Positions 9,619 to 21,410 of a stretch of 64,000 nt of DNA are shown piece by piece. The notes beneath the pieces were generated by a model. It saw only the letters and a program-made list of their open reading frames with translations, did not search any database and was not told where the DNA came from. A program made the translations under genes and the position numbers. How positions within the stretch are numbered: the stretch's first letter is position 1; the number at the start of each line of letters is the position of its first letter. The DNA is from Ranitomeya imitator (lineage: Eukaryota), in contig NC_091291.1 in NCBI RefSeq assembly GCF_032444005.1, positions 131,254,001 to 131,318,000 on the forward strand, written 5' to 3'.

Positions 9619-12600
9619 ATGAAAGCTTTGCTACTCTCAGTAGCCCTGCTCTTCTTCACAGGTAAGAGGACTCTTAGGACAATGGTATTAATAGTGAAAC
9701 GGGAACATTTATCTGAGTAATCTTGGCATCTTCTTATGTATCTATTCTTAACCCTTAAGGTATGTGTATCTGGAGCTGTAAGTGCAGGTGGAACGGCTAA
9801 GCCACACAAAGCGTGCACATTTAACCCTCGTATAACAGGGGCTACATCAGCTAATCCCCCTTAGTCTGGTTCTGATCATCCCCCTTAGTCTGGTTCTGAT
9901 GATCCCCCTTAGTCTGGTTCTGATGATCAGCTCTTAAATGGGTGTTTCCATATCCAAGATCCTATCCCAGTATCTAGTAGTTGTAGTAATGATAATATTA
10001 GCAAATATCTCCAATTAGAAATGCAGTATAGTTCTTCTGATTCTCTATGTCTCTTTACGCATGTGCATGCATTGCTGGACCTTAGATATCCATGGTTACG
10101 TCCACTGATAAAGTGACAGTTAGCTAGTTGCTAGTGGTCGTAACCATGGATGCCTAAGGTCCTGCAATACCTGCACATGAGGAAAGAGATATAGCAAATA
10201 AAAAAAAACTATACTAAATTTCTAATTGGAGGTATTTGTTAATATTCTCATTATTACACCTTCTACATATTGGGATAGGATCTTGGAGATGGGAATACCC
10301 CTTTAAGTATCACATCTCCTCTGGGTCCTGCTCTTGCAATGTCACTAGGCGACTCCACGTTCAAACTGCAGGCAGCAATGTTGAAGGAGGAGACGTAAGG
10401 ACCAGAATCTCTGGGTGATGCAGGCTCTGTCCAGCCACCAAGATTAGGGTTGTTGGAACCTGTAGTCTGTCAGTACGGATGTATGCGCTGTCTCCCTGCT
10501 TCGGCCAAACGGACAGCACTGCACTATATTAAAGCTCCCAGCTTACTGCTGGGAGCTGCCAGATGTGGTTAGTTTTTAGTCTTATTTGCTGCTTCTTCTT
10601 CTCATCTCCTGCTTTTTCTGTAAGTTTCTTGTTCTGACCTCAACCCATTTACTGACTACTTTACTGTCTTCTGATTTTGAACGTTGTCTGCTCTCCTTAT
10701 TCCAACCTGGCGACCTGACCACTCCTGCCAGCTTGCACCACCGGCCAGCAGTCTACTACGTGGCTCTAACCCAGGGACCCCTGTGCAGGTCCAGATCTCT
10801 GTACATAGCATAAAAGGTTCAGGCCAGGGTTACCCCTGGGATCTTGTAAATGGAGTGGATAGTGCTAAGCCTGTCCATTGCAGCCATTTTTAGAGCTGCC
10901 AGGTAACCACTGACAGAGCACCATTACACTAAGGGCTCATGCAAACATCCATGCAAATTGGTCCGATCTTGGACCACAATGCGCGGACTGGCTACGGGTC
11001 TCCCATCCTGAGTGGGACAGCTTCATAGAAATTCATGAAACTGTCAACCTTCGGTAGGGAGACCCTCGGCTAGTCGGTGACTTGCGGCTTGTGATTGGAT
11101 CGATTTGCACAGAAGTCTGAATCAGCCCAAAGATTCATCTGACCAAACATTACTGTTGCAGTGAAAACGTTGCTTATATTTTTGCAGCTCGGACTGTATA
11201 TATGGGAATATTAGTACAAGCCACTTTCCAAAGGGCAGCCCACATGTAGACATACAAACTGTCCAGAACAAAGACAGAAGTAAGTTGCTGATATCCATTT
11301 CCAGCCGGTGCCCAGAAACTTTTAGCAATGAAGGGAGGCTATTCATTTGCAAAGTTGAGAGTAATTCATTAAGGAGCCCAAATTCCCAGAATAGCTTTGC
11401 ATTCTGACTCACAAAGCCAAGTCCTAAGCGGACCCTCCTTTGCTAGTCATGGCGCCGTATTTGCAGGGGTTAGCTCATTGCACATTGTCTTTGTTTTGCA
11501 GGGGCACAGGGCCGCTACTTCTGGCAAAACGATGAACCTAAACAAGAAGAAACGAATGATAAAGGTTTGGAGAAGATCCTGCACGATAGTTTCGCCATAG
11601 TATTCAGTCTTTTCGAACACATGGATTATGCCTCCATTGCAAAAGAGTAAGACATTTACTTTAATTGTTGTGAAAATTAATGTAAAAAAATGATAACTAT
11701 TAATCGCTTAAAGGGGACATGCCATAAACGTTTGATGGACTGGCACCTATGACGAGAATGGGGTTCTATGGAGAAGGATAGGAAATAGCTTGAGATTGGA
11801 CCTCGTTCTTGAGGCATGAAACCTGCCTCTATCAGACATTTGTCCATATCCAGTATATGCGATGACCGAGATGAGAATACCTCATTAACAATGTAACATA
11901 AGGTCCAAAGTTACAGATTTATGAGTTTGCTATAGGGGGGTGTCGGAGAGAAATAGCGTAGTCACAAGATATTTTCACATAAGTTACAGGGGTACTTCCA
12001 TCTTAGCCGTGGTCAGAGATGGCTGAGATTATGGAAACAGTCTTCTTGGGTGTTTCTGTAATCCCTGTCATCTTTGGCTGCTGGTTGAGGTGGGAAAATG
12101 CCTTCAATGCCAAATGTGCTAAATCCTTCTACAATTCCTAGTAGTCATGAGTTGACTAAGTTCCTTTTTTTAAATTCCCAGATATCAGATCAAAGAGAGG
12201 TGGGACTCGGCAAGGAAACACTTAAACAAACTGGAGAAAGCTGTAGACAGTTACTACGATGAAGTTTATAAGAAATTCGACGAACAGCTTCATGAAAAGT
12301 TCCCGGTATTCAGGAAGAACGTTGTCCCTATTCTGAAGGAGTTCGATGACGCCTTAGAAGACCAGCTTGAGAAATTTGTAAAAAAAGTCGTGCCTGTTGG
12401 AACTGATCTCGTCGGCGGAATATCCAGGCATGTGGTCAAATTCTTTGAAAGTCTGGAAAGCATCGCAGAAGAAGGTCGTGACAAACTGCGCGAGGAGATC
12501 GACAAGCTACGCGTCAAAGTGCAACCCTACGTGGACGATGTCCATGCGGAATACGAGAAATACCGTGCCAATTTACAAGGCGAATTTGAGAAAGATATGA

Positions 12601-12764
12601 AGGAGCTGAAGCAAGAGATGGATAAGAATATGGAGATTCTGAAGGAAAAGGCTAAGCCTCATCTTGAAAATCTGAAAAGTAAATTTCCAGATGGCCAAGA
12701 ATTCCAGGAAAAAGTGGAGCAGTTCCTTAAGGAGCTGAAAAAAGCGCTTTCCGAAGAGGAGTAG
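9619..12764 (+). CDS. apoa1: Apolipoprotein A-I (divergent, 256 aa, 3 coding exons)
   Basis: Coding exons 9619-9661 (43 nt), 11502-11646 and 12182-12764, all GT-AG, phases 1 and 2. Signal MKALLLSVALLFFTGAQG and pro-segment RYFWQN|DEP. Prolines at 112/134/178/222 give 22-aa periodicity. AATAAA at 12870-12875. Position next to APOC3 matches the cluster. Confidence 0.85.
9938..10302. mobile_element. TTAA-flanked T2/Kolobok-type MITE in apoA-I intron 2
   Basis: Inverted ends (GGGTGTTTCCATATCCAAGATCCTATCCCA / TGGGATAGGATCTTGGAGATGGGAATACCC) with TTAA on both sides. Confidence 0.55.
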
Positions 12765-13285
12765 AGACCACTGAAGAGAAAACCAAAGAAGAAATGTCAT
12801 TGTGATTACTAACACTATTGACTTACAATTGTCAAAATTGTAATGTTTCTGTAAATCCATCTATGTCTTAATAAAATCTTCATTCAAACTTTCATCTATG
12901 CAAATACCGGATCACTGGTTTATAAGATATTTAGATTTTCTAAACCTATGGTGACATATAAAGCAAAGCTAGGTAATATAAGAATTAACCACGTAAAGGG
13001 GTCTTCTCATATTCTACATTTATGGCATATCCATAAGATATCCATAAAAGTATGATAGATGCAGCGGTGGAACCTGTATCCATTGCCGGATCGGGGTCCT
13101 ATTACGTGCCACTGTCAGTGGAGAGATGGCCATACATGCACATATCTTTCTATTGATTTGTAAGTGAGTTCCAATAACTTTCACAGATCATGCATGCCCA
13201 GCAGCACACAGCAGGGCCGATCGTTTGACCGTCATAGTAATCCAAAGTGATTGGCACTCCCCTGATAGTGGTGGTGCACATAGAA

Positions 13286-13474
13286 GAGTAGACAATGCGA
13301 AATCAAGAAGGTCCCGACACTCAAACAGGTTTTTACTTATTTCTATTATTTAACAAACCTAGATGCGCTTCAACCCATCCAAAGTTTCTGCAACCTGAAA
13401 CAGGTCAAGTTTTTTTTAATAAAAAAAAAACCGGTGTGAGTGCAAGGACCTTCTTGATTCATTTTTTGTCTATC
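13286..13474. repeat. Short degenerate inverted repeat, Penelope pseudo-LTR-like
   Basis: Arms AATCAAGAAGGTCC...CACTCA and TGAGTG...GGACCTTCTTGATT; the spacer holds decayed GCGCTTC and CTGAAAC motifs. Confidence 0.45.
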
Positions 13475-13689
13475 ATCCATTACACATTTATGACATAAAT
13501 TGTCCTCTAAATTTATAAAAACAACCCTTAAAAGGGAGTCTGTCAGCTCAAAATGAATGTTGAAACCAAGCACAGGCCCTCGGTGCACCATTGATGTAGT
13601 CAAACAGTTTGGTGCACCTTTGCATATAATGGAAAGGGGGCACCACGGATCATGGGATACCACCAGGACCTGAGACATATGAGCATACA

Positions 13690-15021
13690 CAAAAAGAGAA
13701 ACAGACAAGGTCCTAAGAAAGGGGATCACTACAACAAGGATATGGCAAAAAAAATATACACAGCTTTATTGAAATATATATACAAACAAGGGTAACAAAC
13801 ACATAGACATATAAAAACACTTAAAAAGCATACAAATGCTATACACTACAGCCCCTAATACGGCCGTACCCCACATAGGACTCGAGTCATATACGCATAA
13901 TGTAATAACCTAGAACCAAATTGCTCATAGAATGAAAGAAATAGGCCAAGCTACCTAGGCACTCCCCTGGGTACTACAAATGGAAACAGACCACTGATAG
14001 TGTGAATGCAAAATAGCAAAAGTATAAAGCCCACATAGACATACAAATCCCTGCACTACAAGTGCTAGATAAGGGACACACATACACAAACCTGCCTAGC
14101 ATGTAGAGACGACAGGTGTGTACAAAACGGTACATAAATGTCAAGCAGCAAAAAGTATCAGCATAGTGCCTCAATAGCATGTGACCAACAATCTAACATG
14201 CCACTATACAGAAAAATAGCACCAAGATAGTATAAGCTGTAGAGATAGCATATTACCCAGGGCACATAATGCCCAAGCCTATAGCGCCTGGAAAAAGAGT
14301 CCTAATGTGGGCTACAAGGAGACCCAACGCGTATCGCCACCACACCGGGCAGCTTCGTCAGGGGTACCGATGGCGATACGCGTTGGGTCTCCTTGTAGCC
14401 CACATTAGGACTCTTTTTCCAGGCGCTATAGGCTTGGGCATTATGTGCCCTGGGTAATATGCTATCTCTACAGCTTATACTATCTTGGTGCTATTTTTCT
14501 GTATAGTGGCATGTTAGATTGTTGGTCACATGCTATTGAGGCACTATGCTGATACTTTTTGCTGCTTGACATTTATGTACCGTTTTGTACACACCTGTCG
14601 TCTCTACATGCTAGGCAGGTTTGTGTATGTGTGTCCCTTATCTAGCACTTGTAGTGCAGGGATTTGTATGTCTATGTGGGCTTTATACTTTTGCTATTTT
14701 GCATTCACACTATCAGTGGTCTGTTTCCATTTGTAGTACCCAGGGGAGTGCCTAGGTAGCTTGGCCTATTTCTTTCATTCTATGAGCAATTTGGTTCTAG
14801 GTTATTACATTATGTGTATATGACTCGAGTCCTATGTGGGGTACGGCCGTATTAGGGGCTGTTGTGTATAGCATTTGTATGCTTTTTAAGTGTTTTTATA
14901 TGTCTATGTGTTTGTTACCCTTGTTTGTATATATATTTCAATAAAGCTGTGTATATATTTTTTTGCCATATCCTTGTTGTGGTGATCCCCTTTCTTAGGA
15001 CCTTGTCTGTTTCTCTTTTTG
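13690..15021. repeat. About 650-bp near-perfect inverted repeat (Penelope-like pseudo-LTR pair) with a hammerhead-like motif at the apex
   Basis: 13690-14339 is the reverse complement of 14371-15021 with only a few mismatches and a 31-nt loop. The identical 68-aa ORFs on opposite strands (13974..14180 and 14530..14736) confirm the symmetry. Confidence 0.9.
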
Positions 15022-15299
15022 AGTTTGGTGCACCTTCCCGCCTATCTCCAGTCTATCATATATCTCCACCCTCCACTGGCTCAGGCAAAGTCTGGACTAT
15101 CAATCAAGGAAGAAGAGGGAGGAGATAAATGAAAGATAAGTAGGTGGGAATGGTACACTGAACTGGTCAGTCACGGCAAGAGTGCCCGAGGGTCTGTGCT
15201 TGGTTTGCACATTTGTTTTGTGATGAAAGGCTCTCTTTGAGGCTCAGAAACATGGATGTAGTATGGTCCACTCAACATCCATCATGCATATTAGGGCAT

Positions 15300-15960
15300 C
15301 TGGAGCAGTCCATGAAGCCAACTTGTACCTCAGTACGCCTTCAATATGGTACGTATGTAGTATAAGACTTTTGTGCTGCTCCATCAGATACTGTATTATG
15401 GAGATGTATTAGTTCCATTATAAGGTGCCAACGTGAAGGCATCATACAGTAGAACACAGATGGCCCACAGCTCCATTCTTCAGATAAGTAAAAACTCTGG
15501 GTATAACTGACTCGTCTGGGCGCCCATGGCTATACCATGAACATGGAGCCTACCATTGGTGCAACTTATGCATCCGCACAGGTGCCCAAGAAGTAAGGAG
15601 GCCACTACCACCTCCAAAGTAAGTTGTAGATGGGGGTTGATGGATTTAAGCACCATAAGGATCATTCGTTCAACACTTCTGTACTTAGAGCAGTCTCCCG
15701 AGTATGACCAGGGATGAGGAAATCTCCGATCATGGCACCTTAACATTTAATCACTGTGGTCTGCGACATGATCTAAAGGTAATTTCTCTGCAAGGGTCTC
15801 CGATGATCTGATTGGAGAATGGGAACCATCTCTATTGTCAGCTCTGGTGGTTTAAAATGTGAACCAGATCTGTCCATTAAGTAGATCTGCCATTAGGCTG
15901 CACTACGGGTATTTGCACACAATGTCTTTTCCAGGTGGGCGAACCCGATGAGATTTTCTG
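15300..15960 (-). mobile_element. Degraded Penelope-like reverse transcriptase remnant
   Basis: Minus-strand pieces across frameshifts: PPGKDIV (cf. PPGRPIV), NVKVP*SE then PHP after a frame change (cf. DVKSLYTSIPH), HGIAMGA (cf. QGTAMG). Confidence 0.55.
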
Positions 15961-17071
15961 GCAAACCCACTTTAAGAAACACCATTTTTTTAGGGACCAC
16001 ATTACATTTGAAGTGACTTTGAGGGGTCTCTAAAAACTGCCCCCCTCAAGGTGCTCAAAACCACATTCAAGAACTTTATTTAGTCTTCATTTGCTTCACA
16101 GGAATTTTTAGAATGTGGAAGGAAAAAAATGAGTATTTAAAAATTACTGTTTGGGGGGACGGCAGGGTTCAGAAAGGAAGGAGTGACATTTTGGAACGCA
16201 GATTTTGATGGAATGGCCAGCTGGTGACATGTCGCGTTTGGAGAGCCCCTGATGTGCCTAAACAGTGGAAACCCCCTACAAGTGACCCCATTTTGGAAAC
16301 TCAACCCGTCAAGGAATGTATCTAGATGTGTGATGAGCACCTTGAACCCCCAGATGCTTCACAGAGGTTTATAACGTAGAGCTGTGAAAATAGAAAAAAA
16401 AATCAAATTTTTGCCACAAAAATGGTATTTTAGTCTCAAAATTTTTTATTTTCACAAGGGTAACAGGAGAAAATGAAACCCAGAATTTGTTATGCAATTT
16501 CTCCTCAGTAAGCCAATACCCCTTATGTGGTAGAAAACTACTTTTGAGGCACAGTGCAAAGCTCAGAAGGGAAGAAGTGCCATATTGCCATATTGAAGTT
16601 CAGATTTTGCTGGACTGGTTTGAGGGTGCCATGCCACATTGGCAGAGCCCCTGAGGTGCCAGAACAGCAACCCCCCATAAGATATGCCATTTTATAAGCT
16701 ACACCTCTCAGTGAAGTGATCATATTGACACCACAGGTGGGTCACAGAACTGTATACCATTGAGCAGTGAAGAAAAAAAATAATTACATTTTTACCACCA
16801 AAATTTTGTTCTTAGCCCCAGATTTTAAATTTTCACAGTAAAAAATGGGCAAAAATGGCACCAAAATTGTCCCAAAATTTCTGTTGCATATAGAAATACC
16901 CTATATATGGCAGTACAGTACTGCTTAGCATAATCAGCTGACACCTGGCAGCGATCGCGCGCCCACAGCCCCTGTGCGTGGGCGACCACCATGACTTATT
17001 CATACGTCCAAGGTCGTTAAGTACCAGTCAACCGGGACATATAGATATGTATAAGGTTGTAAAGGGGTTAA
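15960..17071. mobile_element. Fragment of a non-autonomous TTAA-type DNA transposon
   Basis: Internal repeated motifs GTGACCCCATTTTGGAAAC and GAGCCCCTGA(T/G)GTGCC; ends in GGGGTTAA. Confidence 0.45.
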
Positions 17072-17341
17072 AGTCTATGTGACTTCAGACTTCTGAATCC
17101 ACACCGCACACACTCTCAGGATTCTCCGCTGCCGGTGTTGGGAGTGGCTGTCATGTGAACACAAGTATGAGATTTCCACTCCTCCAGCCACATTCCGACT
17201 GCACATGCTCTGCTTTGGTAAATTGCCTTGTATTGAGCGCGGCAGCGAATGTTTAGTCAGGAACGCATGAATTCAAATCGCATATTTGTGGTCACATGAT
17301 CGGCTGCTCCTGACACCAGAGAATCCTCACAGCGTGCGATG

Positions 17342-18510
17342 TGCAGCGCCCCAGAGTCCTGGTCGTTGCAGTAATGTCGTTCTTCCACCAGGGGGAGCGA
17401 TGTTACGTCTGATGGAGTTCACCCTGCCAGGTATCACAGCCACAAACACACTTCACACGCCAGCCACCAGGGGGAGCAAAAGGTTCTATCTATTAGGCCA
17501 CTCCTCACACTTGGGTAAAACTGGGGGTTTGGTTAGGAAGTTAGGCAGTTCTGACTGGAGGGAGAAGGAGATAGTCAGCAGGAGAGGTACAGACTGGGCT
17601 CGGCCCAGGAAGGAAAGAAGGATATGGAGCTGTGCCTGCAACCCATGCGGCAGCCTCATAGGAAAGGACAAGAAAGGAAGTGTGCCGTAGTGAGTGAGCA
17701 CAGAAGTCGCAGCAACAGGAGTAAAACACCAGTGGGAGACCAGCTAGAAGCAGGCTGCCTCCCACTGAGCGCAGATCGGTAGCCGGAACACCGAGGGAGT
17801 AATAAACTCTACGCTTTACTTCAGAGACCGGCAAGACAGTCGATTCCAAGTTGGCTGCCCGACCTAAGAACCTAAGCAGACAAGGTGGCAACGCAGAGGA
17901 GGGGTGACGCTAGGGTCCCTATAAAATAGCCTCAGGCCACCACCGTCATACGGGTTGGTCCTATCCATCTGGGGGACCGAGAGAAGAGTAACAAGAGTGT
18001 GGGAGCTAATGCACATAGGGACCTACTGTGTTACTGTGCGCAAGGGGAAGGCTACTGATTTCCACCTGGATAGGGGGACTCTGGAATTGCCATCAGACCG
18101 GCCGGACTCTGCCTACCCTGTCATCCGGCACCCTGGACTGTGGATGCTGAAGCCTTCAGTAAAGATAAAGAGACTGCACCCACTGTGTCCTCGTTATTTG
18201 CCGCGCCTTACATCATCCACCATCACCATCTACACTTCTGGGAAGCCCTGGGGATATACTTCACTTGTGGGAAGGTATACCATCTAGCTGCCATTCCATC
18301 ACCCCAGCAGACCCCTAAGCAGCGTCGGTCACCCTGACTGAATACCACAGGTGGCGTCACGAACACTACCGTTATCTACAAACTCTACCCCTTTTATTGG
18401 GCACCCCTCATAGGGCCACGGTCCGGGTCGGGCCACTGTGACATCCCAGCTGAGGGAACTGAAGGACCCGATACCGAGTACCCCATTGCCCTTACTCTGG
18501 GGGCGATCCA
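17342..18510 (+). mobile_element. Solo LTR (Gypsy-type) nested in an inverted-repeat MITE
   Basis: TGCAGCGCCCC...GGGGCGATCCA termini with GATG duplicated at 17338-17341 and 18511-18514. A related, 3'-truncated copy starts at 52474. Confidence 0.7.
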
Positions 18511-18539
18511 GATGCACACACCGAGAATTCACAAGTCCG

Positions 18540-20480
18540 CAGTCACACACAGAGTCACACACAGTATAGAATTTCCACACCTCCGGCCACACATAGAGTC
18601 ACACAGAGTCACACACAGTATAGGATTTCAACACCTCCGGCCACACAGAGATTCACACACAGAGTTACACACAGTATATGATTTCCACACTTCCAACTAC
18701 ACAGAGAGTCATACATAGAATCACACATAGAGTTGCACAGAGAGTCACACAGATTCACACACAGAGTCAAACACAGAAACACAGATTCACACACAGAGTC
18801 ACACACAGTATAGGATTTCCACACCTCCCGCCACACATAGAGTCACACATAGAATCACACACAGATTCACAGAGTCACACACAGAGTCACACACAGTATA
18901 GGATTTCCACACTTCCAACTACACAGAGAGTTACACAGAGAGTCACACAGATTCACACACAAACACAGAGACACAGAGTCACACACAGATTCACACACAG
19001 AGTCACATACAGTATAGGATTAACACACCTCCGGCCACACATAGAGTCACACATAGAATCACACATAGAATTACACATAAAATCACACAGATTTAGGGTA
19101 TGTGCACACAATGCGGAAAACGCTGCTAATCCGCAGCGTTTCTGCAGCTGCAAGTCCGCAGCAGTTTCCCATGAGTTTACATTACAATGTAAACCTATGG
19201 GAAACAAAAAACGCTGTGCACATGCTGCATGGTGACAAGCCTCAGTCCAGGGTACAGGCAACAGGTACAGAAGGAGTCCAGGCAGCCTGAAAACAAGTAG
19301 TAATCTCCCTTGGCTGGTCAGGTTGGGAGCCTTCCTCTATGCGCTGGTTTTCTGATACCTTGCTACCTATGGTTTGCTGGCAAGGTACCCCTTTCTCTCT
19401 CCTGTCCTGGGACAGAACCTGCACAGTAGGCAGCTTGAGCTGTTCTGCTGGGGGTCTCTAACACGGTGACTCCAGGCTCTATCTACTGCTGCACCTCAGG
19501 TATGGTATGGGCAATTAACATTCAGCCCTATGCCCTCAGGTTCTACTGTGGACCTTGCAGATATCCACAATCTCGGGCTCCCGGTGCCCGGTTTCTGTGC
19601 TCTGGCTCACAGGAGGCCCTATGCAGCCTCTCTGAGCTTCTAATCACGCCTTTCCCTTCACTGTCTGCTCCAGACTGAACTAACTCCTCCTCCAGGCGAG
19701 GATGGAAACCAGGGAAGTTCTCCTAAAACAGGGTTTTGCGCTTCCCCTCCTGGCCTGGAGTTAGAATATGTTGTGTGCAAGATTTACCTGCCAAAGGGAT
19801 CCCAATGTCTCCAGGCATGGCACCACCCTCCCCAAGAGGAGAGGAAGGCGGCACCACTGTGGTACACGAGCTCCTGGGGTGCCACACATACACTATAGGA
19901 TTTCCACACCTCCGGCCAGACATAAAGTCATACATAGAATCACACATAGAATCACACACAGAGTCACACCTTGTATTGGATTTCCACACTTCCGACCACA
20001 CAGAGAGTCACACATAGAGTCACACATAGAATCACACACAGAGTTATACATAGAGTCACAGGGGTGTGGAGGTAGGGAAACAAACCAAAATAGAGAAGGA
20101 TAAGGAATTACCAAGCTTACAAACCAATCAACAGTCACAGATAATTCCTCCAACTCTCCTTCTCATATATGCTCCACTCCCACCATTAGCCATGCAGCAA
20201 ATGCTAGCTCTGACAAGGATTACTAACAGAGCCCAGATTATAAAGGGGAAAGGAGTGGTTAACCAAGCTCAGCTGTGAGCACAGAGATTTCTAACATGGC
20301 CGATTAGCCCCTGTTCTTCCAGAAGAAATAAACACATTTAAAATGAAGGTGAAGTGCTTCTTCTCAGCGCTGGAGTAGGAGCAATTACATGCTGCGATCT
20401 TCGGGCTCCACACTGTCGCAGTAACCCAGCGACAGTCATACAGAGTCACACACAGAGTCATACACAGGGTCACACACAGA
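18540..20480. repeat. Patchy CACACAGAGT / TATAGGATTTCCACAC simple-sequence satellite
   Basis: Blocks at about 18540-19090, 19890-20060 and 20430-20480, separated by other repeat fragments. Confidence 0.8.
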
Positions 20481-20809
20481 GTGACTACAGAATTTAACAT
20501 CAAACCTGGGCAACCCCTCTAACCAAAACCACTGTACTAGGACTGATTTCACCACCATGCAGTGACCGCATAATGGTAATATCAGGTCTACACCAGTGCT
20601 CTGCAGACCATATATGTGCACTGCGCAGCTTCTCACCAGTGATGTCTCGCCGATTGTTGTTCATTTTCTTTTTTCCATTGCATTTGGCCCAGACCGCCAA
20701 GACCTCTTCTTACGTTCATAATTCATCCCTGTAAAATATTACACAGAAACATCTTTACCGCTTTTCCAGCCCCCTCCTCACATTCTACCACCTGTACACA
20801 AACCACAAT

Positions 20810-21410
20810 TTGTGCTGCCTTATAATAATTCCCCTGTGCTTTCTTACAGCTATACAGCACCATACAGTAATAATGTCCCCTTGTGCTACCTTATAATAAT
20901 TCCCCTGTGCCCCTTACAGCACCATACAGTAATAATGTCCCCTTGTGCTACCTTATAATAATTCCCCTGTGCCCCTTACAGCACCATACAGTAATAATGT
21001 CCCCTTGTGCTACTTTATAATAATTACCCTGTGCCCCTTATAGCACCATACTGTAATAATGTCCCTTTGTGCTACTTTATAATAATTACCCTGTGTCCCT
21101 TACAGCACCATACAGTAATAATGTCCCCTTGTGCTACTTTATAATAATTACCCTGTGCCCCTTATAGCACCATACTGTAATATTGTCCCTTTATGCTACT
21201 TTATAATAATTACCCTGTGCCCCTTACAGCACCATACAGTAATAGTGTGCCCTTGTGCTACTTTATAATAATTCCCCTGTGCCCCTTACAGCACCATACA
21301 GTAATAATGTCCCCTTTTGCTACCTTATAATTCCCCTGTTTTCTTACAGCTATACATCACCATACAGTAATAATGTCCCCTTGTGCTACCTTATAATAAT
21401 TCCCCTGTGC
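20810..21410. repeat. 62-bp tandem minisatellite
   Basis: Unit CAGCACCATACAGTAATAATGTCCCCTTGTGCTACCTTATAATAATTCCCCTGTGCCCCTTA; consecutive starts at 20855 and 20917. Confidence 0.9.

Noticed and set aside
19230-19886. Possible second solo LTR (ends GGGGTGCCACA)
   Set aside because: The left boundary and a matching TSD could not be defined.
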